A stretch of 63,455 bases of DNA, counting the filler, from Thraustochytrium aureum (taxonomy: Eukaryota): the NCBI GenBank assembly GCA_012862495.1. It is 4 parts of 2 records of this genome, joined end to end, with 100 filler letters (N's around TTAATTAATTAA, not from the genome) between each part and the next. Parts side by side here need not be neighbours in the genome. Positions count along the whole stretch, not along the records: positions 40,956 to 52,219 come from BLSG01000410.1; positions 52,320 to 63,455 come from BLSG01000414.1; 2 more parts are not named here. The stretch is one strand, 5' to 3'. The notes under the pieces were generated by a model. That model was not told the DNA's origin. It worked only from the letters and a program-made list of their open reading frames with translations, and did no database searches. Shown one piece after another: positions 46,964 to 57,512 of the stretch. A program made the translations under genes and the position numbers. The number at the start of each line of letters is the position of its first letter. Within the stretch, counting starts at the first letter, position 1.

Positions 46964-47848
46964 TTCGCGATCCACGTGAGCACCCGCCCCTTGCAGGCCG
47001 GCAGCAGCAGGGCGCGGCTGGGCGGGGCAGGCAAGTAGCGCAACAGGCGCTCCAGCCTCTGCCGCAGCGGCAGTCCCTCGCTGTCGTCCCGCTGCTGCAC
47101 GCCGCCCTCCTCGCGCTCCAAGCCCCAAAACAGCTTTTGCCGACCACTTCGCCCGCCATTTCTGCTGTTTTTTCCTGGTCTCGAGGTCGCGGCTCAGCCA
47201 GCCGCCGGCCAGAGAGCTGGCGCAGGGCACGGCGCGCAGCCAGCTACCGCGTTTGGCGCCCCGTGCTGCCCGTGCTGCCCGGNNNNNNNNNNNNNNNNNN
47301 NNNNNNNNNNNNNNNNNNNNNNNNNNNNNNNNNNNNNNNNNNNNNNNNNNNNNNNNNNNNNNNNNNNNNNNNNNNNNNNNNNNNNNNNNNNNNNNNNNNN
47401 NNNNNNNNNNNNNNNNNNNNNNNNNNNNNNNNNNNNNNNNNNNNNNNNNNNNNNNNNNNNNNNNNNNNNNNNNNNNNNNNNNNNNNNNNNNNNNNNNNNN
47501 NNNNNNNNNNNNNNNNNNNNNNNNNNNNNNNNNNNNNNNNNNNNNNNNNNNNNNNNNNNNNNNNNNNNNNNNNNNNNNNNNNNNNNNNNNNNNNNNNNNN
47601 NNNNNNNNNNNNNNNNNNNNNNNNNNNNNNNNNNNNNNNNNNNNNNNNNNNNNNNNNNNNNNNNNNNNNNNNNNNNNNNNNNNNNNNNNNNNNNNNNNNN
47701 NNNNNNNNNNNNNNNNNNNNNNNNNNNNNNNNNNNNNNNNNNNNNNNNNNNNNNNNNNNNNNNNNNNNNNNNNNNNNNNNNNNNNNNNNNNNNNNNNNNN
47801 NNNNNCTCGGGCAGGACTGAACTTGAAAATGCGACTCTTTTAAAAAAG

Positions 47849-49000
47849 TTAAGCCTTGGCGCGGCGCGCCTTCACTGCCTCTGCGACGCCCTGCAGAAGC
47901 GCCTTGGTCGACTCGAAGTCAATGCAGGCGTCGGTCACGCTGACGCCGTACTTTAGCGAGTCCAGGTCGGTGACGCCAGGGCTGAGCTTCTGGCTGCCCT
48001 CGTTGAGGTGAGACTCGACCATGAGCCCAACGATGGCCCGGTTCCCGTCAGCGATCTGCTTGCAAATGTCTGCGGCGACAATCGGCTGGTTGGTGTGGAG
48101 CTTGCGGCTGTTGCCGTGGCTGCAGTCGATCATGATGCGGGCCTCGAGACCGTTCTTCTCCATGAGATCCGAAGCCGCCTTGACGTGCTCAGCCTCAAAG
48201 TTGGGGCCATTTGCTCCGCCGCGGAGGATGACATGGCAGCCCGGGTTGCCCTTGGTGTGTACGATAGCCGCGAGGCCCTGCTTGGTCACAGAAAGGAACG
48301 AGTGCGGGTTGAACGCCGACCCGCACGCGTCCACGGCGACCTGGACGTCACCGCTCGTGCCGTTCTTGAAGCCAACGGGGCAAGAGATGCCCGAGGCAAG
48401 CTCGCGATGGACCTGCGACTCGGTGGTGCGCGCCCCGATTGCGCCCCAGCTGACGAGGTCGGCAAGGAACTGAGGGCTGAGCGTGTCCAAAAACTCGCAG
48501 GCGCACGGCAAGCCGAGGCGGTTCACGGCCAGCAGGAACTCGCGGGCCTTGCGCAGGCCCTTGTTGATCTGGAACGAGGCGGTCATGTCCGGGTCGTTGA
48601 TCATGCCTTTCCAGCCCACGGTGGTCCGAGGTTTCTCAAAGTAGACGCGCATCACGACGAGCACCTCGTTGACGAGCTCTTTGGCCACGGGGGCGAGCTT
48701 TTCGGCGTACTCGAGACATGCTTTGGTGTCGTGGATCGAGCAGGGCCCTACGACGACCACGACGCGGTCGTCCTTGCGCGAGACGACGTCCTGGACGGCT
48801 TGGCGGCTCGCGGAGACGTGCGCGACGGTCTCGGGGTCCGTCGCCACTTCCTCCAGCAGGCAAGCGGGCGGCAGCAGCGGCTGAATCCAGTCGATGCGCA
48901 AGTCATCCACCTTGCTGTTGAGCGACTCGCTCAGCTTGCGCCGCTTGATCAGCGACTCCCGGGACGGCGACGTCGCCGCAAACTTGCCGTTCGCGCTCAT
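47849..49000 (-). CDS. Class I-alpha DAHP synthase (AroFGH/ARO3-ARO4 type)
   Basis: DDRVVVVVGPCSIHD, MRVYFEKPRTTVGWKG, AIGARTTESQVHRELASG, GFKNGT, ILRGG, IDCSHGNS, GLMVESHL, YGVSVTDACI. Confidence 0.97.
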   Translation of the reverse strand: MSANGKFAATSPSRESLIKRRKLSESLNSKVDDLRIDWIQPLLPPACLLEEVATDPETVAHVSASRQAVQDVVSRKDDRVVVVVGPCSIHDTKACLEYAEKLAPVAKELVNEVLVVMRVYFEKPRTTVGWKGMINDPDMTASFQINKGLRKAREFLLAVNRLGLPCACEFLDTLSPQFLADLVSWGAIGARTTESQVHRELASGISCPVGFKNGTSGDVQVAVDACGSAFNPHSFLSVTKQGLAAIVHTKGNPGCHVILRGGANGPNFEAEHVKAASDLMEKNGLEARIMIDCSHGNSRKLHTNQPIVAADICKQIADGNRAIVGLMVESHLNEGSQKLSPGVTDLDSLKYGVSVTDACIDFESTKALLQGVAEAVKARRAKA

Positions 49001-50147
49001 CTTCGCTCCGTGTCGAGAAACCACACGAGTCAACCACGACAGCGCAGCCAGCAAACCTCGCGTTGACCACTGCTCCTGCTATTGCGCCACGAATGCCAGC
49101 TCGCGTTCAGGGTCTGCTCTGGCAACGCTCGGGCCGAGCAAGATACTGGCAGCACAATGTTCACAATGAATGTCACACCCTCTCTCCCTGTGTTTGACGC
49201 AGCAGCGTCTGTCGTTCGAGTTGCAAAATGTTCTGACAACAGTGCTCGNNNNNNNNNNNNNNNNNNNNNNNNNNNNNNNNNNNNNNNNNNNNNNNNNNNN
49301 NNNNNNNNNNNNNNNNNNNNNNNNNNNNNNNNNNNNNNNNNNNNNNNNNNNNNNNNNNNNNNNNNNNNNNNNNNNNNNNNNNNNNNNNNNNNNNNNNNNN
49401 NNNNNNNNNNNNNNNNNNNNNNNNNNNNNNNNNNNNNNNNNNNNNNNNNNNNNNNNNNNNNNNNNNNNNNNNNNNNNNNNNNNNNNNNNNNNNNNNNNNN
49501 NNNNNNNNNNNNNNNNNNNNNNNNNNNNNNNNNNNNNNNNNNNNNNNNNNNNNNNNNNNNNNNNNNNNNNNNNNNNNNNNNNNNNNNNNNNNNNNNNNNN
49601 NNNNNNNNNNNNNNNNNNNNNNNNNNNNNNNNNNNNNNNNNNNNNNNNNNNNNNNNNNNNNNNNNNNNNNNNNNNNNNNNNNNNNNNNNNNNNNNNNNNN
49701 NNNNNNNNNNNNNNNNNNNNNNNNNNNNNNNNNNNNNNNNNNNNNNNNNNNNNNNNNNNNNNNNNNNNNNNNNNNNNNNNNNNNNNNNNNNNNNNNNNNN
49801 NNNNNNNNNNNNNNNNNNNNNNNNNNNNNNNNNNNNNNNNNNNNNNNNNNNNNNNNNNNNNNNNNNNNNNNNNNNNNNNNNNNNNNNNNNNNNNNNNNNN
49901 NNNNNNNNNNNNNNNNNNNNNNNNNNNNNNNNNNNNNNNNNNNNNNNNNNNNNNNNGGCGCGAACTGGCCACCCCCTCCCGCATCCAGCCACCGACCACG
50001 GCGCCAGGCGCCAAGCGCGCAGTGCTGGCTTGTGCTGGTTCGCGTTGGCGTCGCAGTGCTGGCTTGTGCTGGCTTGCGTTGGCGGCGCACGAGAGGCTGC
50101 CCGGGAGGTCGCGCCGCTGGCGGCACCACCACGGCCTGCGCAGAAAG

Positions 50148-52060
50148 ATGAAAAAGGTGTTCAAGCGGGCGAAGAGCCGCGGCAACGTCAAGAAGGGCAG
50201 CGGCGCGGATGGCGGCGCGGCGTATGCGGTGAAACGCGCGCAGAAGCAGCTCGACCTGAATGCCGAGGAGGAGAGCCGCGTGTTTCCGCTGCTGAGCGTT
50301 GTCGCGCGGCACTTGCAAGCCACAGCGACTCACTCGCCAAACCTGTTCCTGAAGAAAAGCGCGGATGGCTCTGCGGACTCGCAGGCCGAGGCTCTCGCGG
50401 CGCAAAGGACGGCCGCCAAAGCGCTGTGCAGCCACATGAGCGAGCCCGAAACTGTTCTGGTCAGCTTTGACGAGCACGTGTGGGCCAACGTGCTCAAGCT
50501 GTTCCTCAAGGAGATGAACAACCCGCTGGTTCCGCCAAACGTCGCGGAGGTCGCCACGTCGCGCAGTTTCGAATTCGTGAGCGAGCTCGAGGTTGCCAAG
50601 CAGGCCGCTGACGACTTGCCGCATCGGAATTTTGAGGTTCTGCGCGATATTTGCGTCCTTTTGCGGGACTGTGCAAGCGATGCAGAGCGGCTGACGCACA
50701 TGTTTGGCGCAGTCTTGCTGAGCCCTCGCGACGCTGTGGAGCAGCTCCCGGACCCGCAGCGCATGATCAAGCAGGCGGAGGCAATGACCAAGGTAATGCG
50801 CTGCATGATCCTGCAGGCTACCGAGGTCTTCGGCGCCCCCCCGGCGGCGCCAGAGAATGCACGGCCTGCTCCGGGCTCTGCATTCATGCCTGCAGTACCT
50901 GCTGGAGCGCCGTCGAGCAGTGCCCGCGGGCCGCTCCCTGCGATCCCGAACCAGCCCCCTGCAGCTCTTGATGGCGCTGTGGACGCGTTCCGTGAAGCGC
51001 CGGGGCGGCGCAGCAGGTTCGTCACCGTAGCGTACGACTACGACGCAGTAGAGGAGGACGAGATCAACCTGGAGTACGGCGAGCAGATTTACGTCGTGGA
51101 GAAGATCGACAAGGACTGGTACCGCGGCCGCAAGAACTTGGAGGACGGCTCTCAAGAGGAAGGGCTCTTCCCGGGGGCATTCTGCGACCTCACCGGCGAC
51201 GAAGAGTTTGAGCCGGACCTGCACGCGCAGGCTTCCGAGCCAGGCGTGGGCGAGGGGGCGAGTGGCGCCGGCACGGGCGACCGCGGCGGCCGGAAGCTGC
51301 GCCGAGCGCCGTCTTCGGGGTTGGGGGACTTGGCAGGTGCGCGCATTGTGGCCGCCATCGCTCTGTTTGACTTTGCCCCAGGCGCGGACGGAGAGCTCGG
51401 GCTTCGGGAGGGGGACCGCCTTGAGATCCTCAACACCTCGGACCCGGACTGGTGGCTCGGCAGGAACCAGAGCGGCCAGGAAGGGTTGTTCCCGTGCACT
51501 TTTGTGGAAATCGAGTACGAGGATGATGAGGGCCTCACCGATAGGCTGGGCGAAAGCAGCCCTGCGAGAGTCGACGGCGGCAGCGCACTGCTTGCAGCGG
51601 CTGCGGTTGTGCAAGCGTTGCGGCATCGCAAGCGCCCTCCGGACCGCCGCCGCCGCCGCGCAGTGCGGGGGCGGCCCAGTCCCCTGCGCTGCGCATGTCG
51701 CCCTCCAAGCCGCCTTCAGTCGCGGGCGACGCTGGCGCGCCGTCGGAGGCGAACTCGAAAACATGGAAGATTACCAAGGAGCGGTTTGCGCTCTGCTACA
51801 AGTTCTTCGTCAAGCTCAGCGTGGACGACGGCGGGACTCCTGTTGTGCTTGGGCGAAGCGCAGGCGAGTTTCTCCTCAAGTCGGGACTTCCCATGAAGAC
51901 TGTGGCGCACATCCTCGAGCTGGCCGACATTGACAAAGACCAGCGGCTGGACCGCGACGAGTTTGTGGTGGCGCACCACCTCGCTATTTGCATCAGCAAG
52001 GAGGGCATGCCCGAGCCGTCGTCCCTTCCGGCGTACTTGATACCCAAGTCGAAGCGCTGA
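50148..52060 (+). CDS. RhoGAP-like + two SH3 + C-terminal EH-domain protein (frameshifts between about 51590 and 51720)
   Basis: HVWANVLKLFLKEMNNPLVP..LPHRNFEVL..MFGAVLL (RhoGAP fold); AYDYDAVEEDEI..DWYRG..GLFP and ALFDF..ELGLREGD..DWWLG..GLFPCTFV (SH3); FLLKSGLPMKTVAHILELADIDKDQRLDRDEFVVAHHL (EH). Confidence 0.85.
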
Positions 52061-52263
52061 CCTGCCCAGCTACTGCATAGCTAGTAGAGTAGCCGAAACA
52101 GAGAAGAGCCTTCCAGCGTAGCTCCCAGTCGCGACAGGGCCGCGCGCAGCCCCGAGCAACCAACGCCCAGCAACCAACGCCTCGAAGCCCCGGCCAGCAA
52201 CCTCACTCCGGCCCTTGCTNNNNNNNNNNNNNNNNNNNNNNNNNNNNNNNNNNNNNNNNNNNN

Positions 52264-52275
52264 TTAATTAATTAA
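52264..52275. other. Artificial contig linker TTAATTAATTAA
   Basis: Same N-flanked cassette as at 20956. Confidence 0.97.
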
Positions 52276-52658
52276 NNNNNNNNNNNNNNNNNNNNNNNNN
52301 NNNNNNNNNNNNNNNNNNNAAAATGAATTCCCCAATGAACTTCGGCCACCGCTCATGATTCGAAGGTGAAGGCCAGCGAGCTGCAAAAAGCCGCCGCGCG
52401 TAAACCTGGCCTTGGCTTTTGTCTTTGCGGGTTTGCTCGTTGCGCTGGGCGTGTTCCAGCTAGACATGAGCTGGCGTTGCGGAGCCCAGCCGCTCGAGCG
52501 GCTTTGCGAAGCTCGGCGCATGATTGATCCCCCGCAGTCGAGCTTGCTGCGACTTCGTCCAGCACAAACCAGCAACGCAGAGCCCTTGCAAGAGCCACAC
52601 GCATTAACTATTCCTCTCCTCCAACCAATCTCGAAAGGACGGCACAAGTGACGGGGGG

Positions 52659-52738
52659 CCACTAGGAAGAAATGGGTTCAATCTGGTCGCCAACCACACA
52701 TCCACTAGGAAGAACCACTAGGAAGAAATGGGTTCAAT
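52659..52738. repeat. Direct repeats CCACTAGGAAGAA(ATGGGTTCAAT): two full copies and one partial
   Basis: Copies at 52659-52682, 52702-52714 (partial) and 52715-52738, downstream of the FKBP gene stop. Confidence 0.85.
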
Positions 52739-52833
52739 ATGGTTACTCGAAACGTGCCAGTGGTCGTGCTGTCCCGGTCGAAACAGAAAAACGATGTGAC
52801 CTGCGCGTAGCCTTAGGAGTAGCCTTGGTTTCT

Positions 52834-55254
52834 CTACTCGGCCTGGGCAGGCGCAGCACACCACGGCGCACAAAGGCTAGCTTCGACGCGCTGCTCGCAC
52901 ACACGCTGGTCTTCCAGCCCACCTGCATCGGCAACAAGCGCAGCAATCTCGACGCGGTGGTCAACGACAAACTCAACACAGGCCTCCCCAATGGTTTTGC
53001 TGACGAGCTCAACCCGCTTCTCCGATTTTGGAAATCCCATACGAAGCGTTGCGCACATGGCGCTTGGCTGACGAAGGGCAGCTGCTTCGGTTTTCTTGTG
53101 CTCGACGGCAAGTGCAGCGATGCCTTTGCAGAACCGGCAAGGCAGATCAGCGTACCCGTCGCCAAGCGCGACTAGACGGGCCGACCACGGATCGCGCTTT
53201 TCGCAGACACCGAGCACGTCCTGGCACATGTGCCGCGGCATTGTCTTGCCAGCGAAATCGTTCGCTCGCCATTCTGAGAGGAGGGCGTCGTAAAAGTGGT
53301 CTACGAGGCGCGTGCACGCCTTGGAAACGGCTAGCTTGACTTTGGGCATTCGATCCTCCGACTCGCCCTTGGGGACGTCCAGCGGGAGCTTGTTGCACAC
53401 TTTCTCGAGAATGGCAACGAGCGCCTCCTCGCTCTGCTCGAAGGGCACGATGCGCCTGGCGCCGTCGTCCATTCGAAAGCCGACTTGCGTCTTTCGATCT
53501 GGGTACAACTCGGCAACCTTGGCCTGCCGCAGCAGCGCCTGGGTCATCGCTTGCAGGCAAACACAGCACGAGGCGCGCTGAGGAATACCCTCGCACGTGA
53601 GCGTGGCGTAGCCGACCGCGTCGAGGGCGCGCTGTGCCTCGTCTGCCAGTGCAGTGTCCCAGGGCGCCGGTCTGTCAGAGTCTGCCTCAGCGCGACCGCT
53701 GCCTTGCACACCCTGCGGCATCAGCATGAAAACCAGGAAGCCAACAATTGTGGGCGCGAGGAGGATGATGAGTTTGGCCACCCGGTACAAGACCGAATGA
53801 TGGACCGGCTGAGACCCCTTGCCGGACGCCAAGGACTCCTCTGGAGCGGGCAAACTGGCGGTAGGCTTGGCCGAATCCAGCGCCGACGGTCCTGGCGGAG
53901 CGGTGACCGGGCTCGCGCTAGGCCTTGGCGGCGCAGCAGCTGGATGCGGGTCCTGGCTGGCGCCAAGCACGCCGCCGAACGCGCTTTTCTCTTTGGCTTT
54001 GCTTTCCCGAACACGCTGTTTCAAAGCCGCAGCCTCCTTGCGCACAGCAGCGCTAGTGGGATGCGCCTCGCTGGCTCTGCGGATGCAGGCAGCGGCTTCT
54101 GCGAACTCGTTTTGCTGACAAGCGGCACGCGCGGCGCGCAAGAGCGCCTTTAGGTTGNNNNNNNNNNNNNNNNNNNNNNNNNNNNNNNNNNNNNNNNNNN
54201 NNNNNNNNNNNNNNNNNNNNNNNNNNNNNNNNNNNNNNNNNNNNNNNNNNNNNNNNNNNNNNNNNNNNNNNNNNNNNNNNNNNNNNNNNNNNNNNNNNNN
54301 NNNNNNNNNNNNNNNNNNNNNNNNNNNNNNNNNNNNNNNNNNNNNNNNNNNNNNNNNNNNNNNNNNNNNNNNNNNNNNNNNNNNNNNNNNNNNNNNNNNN
54401 NNNNNNNNNNNNNNNNNNNNNNNNNNNNNNNNNNNNNNNNNNNNNNNNNNNNNNNNNNNNNNNNNNNNNNNNNNNNNNNNNNNNNNNNNNNNNNNNNNNN
54501 NNNNNNNNNNNNNNNNNNNNNNNNNNNNNNNNNNNNNNNNNNNNNNNNNNNNNNNNNNNNNNNACTTGCCCTGCTTCTCGAAGCAGGCCGCCACGTTGCA
54601 GGCTGTGTCGGCCCGGAGCTGCAAAAGGTCTGGGTCGTTGTTGTAGAGGTCCTGCTCGGGCAGCGGCGTCTCGCCTTCCTCGCCCGGCTGCGGAGCTGGG
54701 GGGAGGTGCGATTCGCTCATCTTGAGGCCTTCTTGGTAGCAGCGCAGCGCTTTCGTGAGCAGTTCGGCCCTGAAAAAGTAGTTGCCGCGCTCCTTGCGGC
54801 GCCGAACGGCCTCGACGAGCTCGGAAGGCGTCATTTCGACGGCCTCCTTCTCGATTGGGCCGATGCGTATCATCTCGACGCGAGCCTCCAGGTCCTGGTT
54901 GGGTCCGATGTGTGGCGGGGACCCCACGTCGGCGTACGCGAACCGGTGGCTCATCTTGACCTCTGCGACCTCGCCGGTCCGCATCATCCGAATCGCGAGC
55001 ATCAGCCCTGGAACGACAAGCTCGAGCGTCTGGTCGCCAATCGTGACCTGCACAGGCATCCCATCGCCTTCCTCGCGCGTGTCCTGCGCAACCTTGGCCC
55101 CGCCTGCAGCGCGGAGTTGGAAGTGAACCTCGACCTGTGACTTGTACTCCGGCGGGTCCCCTGACCCTTCCCTCACCACCCGCTTCAGCACAGCGCCGCT
55201 GCCGAGGATATCAACCCAATCCGCGTCCGCGCGGCCGCCCAGCGCGTCGGCCAT
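52834..55254 (-). CDS. FKBP8/FKBP38-like PPIase-TPR protein with TM helix and two C-terminal saposin/Canopy-like domains
   Basis: WVDILGSGAVLKRVVREG..VVPGLMLAIRMMRTGE..FAYADVGSPPHIGPNQDL (FKBP); KERGNYFFR, CNVAACFEK, NLKALLRAARA (TPR); LIILLAPTIVGFLVFMLM (TM); CCVC..TQVGFRMDDG..PFEQSEEALVAILEKVC..KACTRLVDHF..MCQDVLGVC. Confidence 0.88.
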   Translation of the reverse strand: MADALGGRADADWVDILGSGAVLKRVVREGSGDPPEYKSQVEVHFQLRAAGGAKVAQDTREEGDGMPVQVTIGDQTLELVVPGLMLAIRMMRTGEVAEVKMSHRFAYADVGSPPHIGPNQDLEARVEMIRIGPIEKEAVEMTPSELVEAVRRRKERGNYFFRAELLTKALRCYQEGLKMSESHLPPAPQPGEEGETPLPEQDLYNNDPDLLQLRADTACNVAACFEKQGKXXXXXXXXXXXXXXXXXXXXXXXXXXXXXXXXXXXXXXXXXXXXXXXXXXXXXXXXXXXXXXXXXXXXXXXXXXXXXXXXXXXXXXXXXXXXXXXXXXXXXXXXXXXXXXXXXXXXXXXXXXXXXXXXXXXXXXXXNLKALLRAARAACQQNEFAEAAACIRRASEAHPTSAAVRKEAAALKQRVRESKAKEKSAFGGVLGASQDPHPAAAPPRPSASPVTAPPGPSALDSAKPTASLPAPEESLASGKGSQPVHHSVLYRVAKLIILLAPTIVGFLVFMLMPQGVQGSGRAEADSDRPAPWDTALADEAQRALDAVGYATLTCEGIPQRASCCVCLQAMTQALLRQAKVAELYPDRKTQVGFRMDDGARRIVPFEQSEEALVAILEKVCNKLPLDVPKGESEDRMPKVKLAVSKACTRLVDHFYDALLSEWRANDFAGKTMPRHMCQDVLGVCEKRDPWSARLVALGDGYADLPCRFCKGIAALAVEHKKTEAAALRQPSAMCATLRMGFPKSEKRVELVSKTIGEACVEFVVDHRVEIAALVADAGGLEDQRVCEQRVEASLCAPWCAAPAQAE

Positions 55255-55336
55255 CGCGCCCAGCCCAAGCTCGCGTTCGTTCGTCGGCTGGAGGGCCAGC
55301 GGTTGCAGGATGGATTCGAGAAGGACGCGAAACGCA

Positions 55337-55498
55337 CGATCAGTTCGCTGCTCGCGATCAGTTCTCTGCTCGCGATCAGTTCTCTGCTCGCGATCAGGGC
55401 GCTGCTCGCGATCAGGGCGCTGCTCGCGATCAGGGCGCTGCTCGCGATCAGTTCTCTGCTCGCGATCAGGGCGCTGCTCGCGATCAGGGTGCTGCTCG
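55337..55498. repeat. 18-bp minisatellite GCTCGCGATCAG(TTCTCT/GGCGCT), about 9 copies
   Basis: Two variant units alternate about 85-245 bp upstream of the FKBP gene start. Confidence 0.95.
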
Positions 55499-57512
55499 CC
55501 CGGTTCGCTCGGACCTTCGGGTGCAACCGGCCCTCAAATGGCGACTCCGCCTGCGGGTTGGAGTCGAAAGGCGCGAGGTCTGCATAACGCCCGAAACGCC
55601 TGCTTGTCGGAGCACTGCACGAGATCAACTCAGGACCGTCAGATAACGAGCGAGTGCATCTTGTGGGGCGAAGGCCCTGGCGGCGCCGCTGTCGCGACGG
55701 CTGGTCGCCGGCAGATTGGGTCAAGTTCGCTTTTGACTCTTGAGCGCCTCCCTTTCCTCCTCCCTGTTTCAGTCGGCCTTTGCGGCAAGGAGCGTCAGCT
55801 GCAGTCATCAGGCGGCCACGCCCTGGCCATCACCATCATCGTCGATCGCTCAATCCCAATCCATCGACCTCCAGCCGATCTTGGGAGCGTCTCCTCCGCC
55901 TCCTCCTCCTCCTCCTCCTCATCATCATCACCCAGATCGCTGGCAGCCGAGGTACTCTACTCTACATGGGTATGTATCTCCGAGAGCATCGTCCAGGTGA
56001 ACGGGCATTCCGCGAGCCTGATGAGGGCGTGCTCTTGCGCGATGGCCCTCGAAAGCGATGACACGACGCGCTTGCGCGCCGCATGCATGCATACTCAGTT
56101 GCCGCGCGGGCTTCGGCGACCGGTGTCTCCTGGCGCGAGCTGGAAGCCCTGGCCTGGAGGTCGGGCGATGGACGATTTGTCCGAACGAAGCCTTGAAGCG
56201 AAATAAGTTCAAATAAGAGCCGAGAACGAACGAAAGCGAGCCTTCGAGCTCGTCAAGGCAAGCAAGCGCTGTTGGAAGCCAATGAAAGGCCAATTCCGGG
56301 GGTGGGGCCGGCCGAGCCGCGAAAGACAACCAGCGTCTTCCTGGAGTCGGTCTCGTGCTGCAAACTTGTTTCTCCGTGATGGATGTGAAGGAAAGAAGCG
56401 CGTTCTCGATTGTGCTCGCCGGTGTGCGCTGTGCTTGCAAGCGCACGTCAAGGAGACCGACCACCGGCAAGCGCACGCAAGCGAGCGGGCGAGCGCGACG
56501 CCGTTGTTGTTGACAAGGGATAGGGACCTCAGCAGGCTGGCACCATCTAACAAATTCGACTTGAAACGCAGCGCCGGCCAGATCGGTCAAGAACGAGCCG
56601 CGATTGGCGAGCTCGCCAGCCGCGCCGACGGAATCGAGTCCTTCAAACGCGTCTGCTCCCATGTCTGCGCTTCGTCGGCCTCAAGCGTAGAGCACTTAGT
56701 ACTTGAAGTGCGATGGAAAGAGCGAAGACGAGGGGCCGAAACAGCAATCCAAACGCGTCTCCGTGAGCTCAAGTCGCCTTGTGCCTGGCGGCGCTGCGAA
56801 AGCAGCACGCCGTTCGCTTTGTCGCGCCTCGCGCGCTCGCAATCCAGCAGCCAGGCAGCCAGGCAGCCAGCCAGCCANNNNNNNNNNNNNNNNNNNNNNN
56901 NNNNNNNNNNNNNNNNNNNNNNNNNNNNNNNNNNNNNNNNNNNNNNNNNNNNNNNNNNNNNNNNNNNNNNNNNNNNNNNNNNNNNNNNNNNNNNNNNNNN
57001 NNNNNNNNNNNNNNNNNNNNNNNNNNNNNNNNNNNNNNNNNNNNNNNNNNNNNNNNNNNNNNNNNNNNNNNNNNNNNNNNNNNNNNNNNNNNNNNNNNNN
57101 NNNNNNNNNNNNNNNNNNNNNNNNNNNNNNNNNNNNNNNNNNNNNNNNNNNNNNNNNNNNNNNNNNNNNNNNNNNNNNNNNNNNNNNNNNNNNNNNNNNN
57201 NNNNNNNNNNNNNNNNNNNNNNNNNNNNNNNNNNNNNNNNNNNNNNNNNNNNNNNNNNNNNNNNNNNNNNNNNNNNNNNNNNNNNNNNNNNNNNNNNNNN
57301 NNNNNNNNNNNNNNNNNNNNNNNNNNNNNNNNNNNNNNNNNNNNNNNNNNNNNNNNNNNNNNNNNNNNNNNNNNNNNNNNNNNNNNNNNNNNNNNNNNNN
57401 NNNNNNNNNNNNNNNNNNNNNNNNNNNNNNNNNNNNNNNNNNNNNNNNNNNNNNNNNNNNNNNNNNNNGATCAACCTCAAGTTCACCTTGGCGGGCGCAT
57501 GCTCCCCCGCAC

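Noticed and set aside
47849..49000. DAHP synthase as bacterial contamination or recent HGT
   Set aside because: Class I-alpha DAHP synthases occur in fungi and various protists, and codon style matches the neighbouring genes.
9412..51720. Frameshifts in COG7, OTU, CHD, GDSL, vWA and SH3-EH genes as programmed frameshifting or pseudogenisation
   Set aside because: They are scattered across unrelated conserved genes in a gappy draft with no shared slippery motif; sequencing indels are the simplest explanation.
55800..56210. Minus-strand coding-like stretch with an acidic DDDEEEEEE tract
   Set aside because: Interrupted by in-frame stops with no recognisable domain; cannot be supported as a gene.
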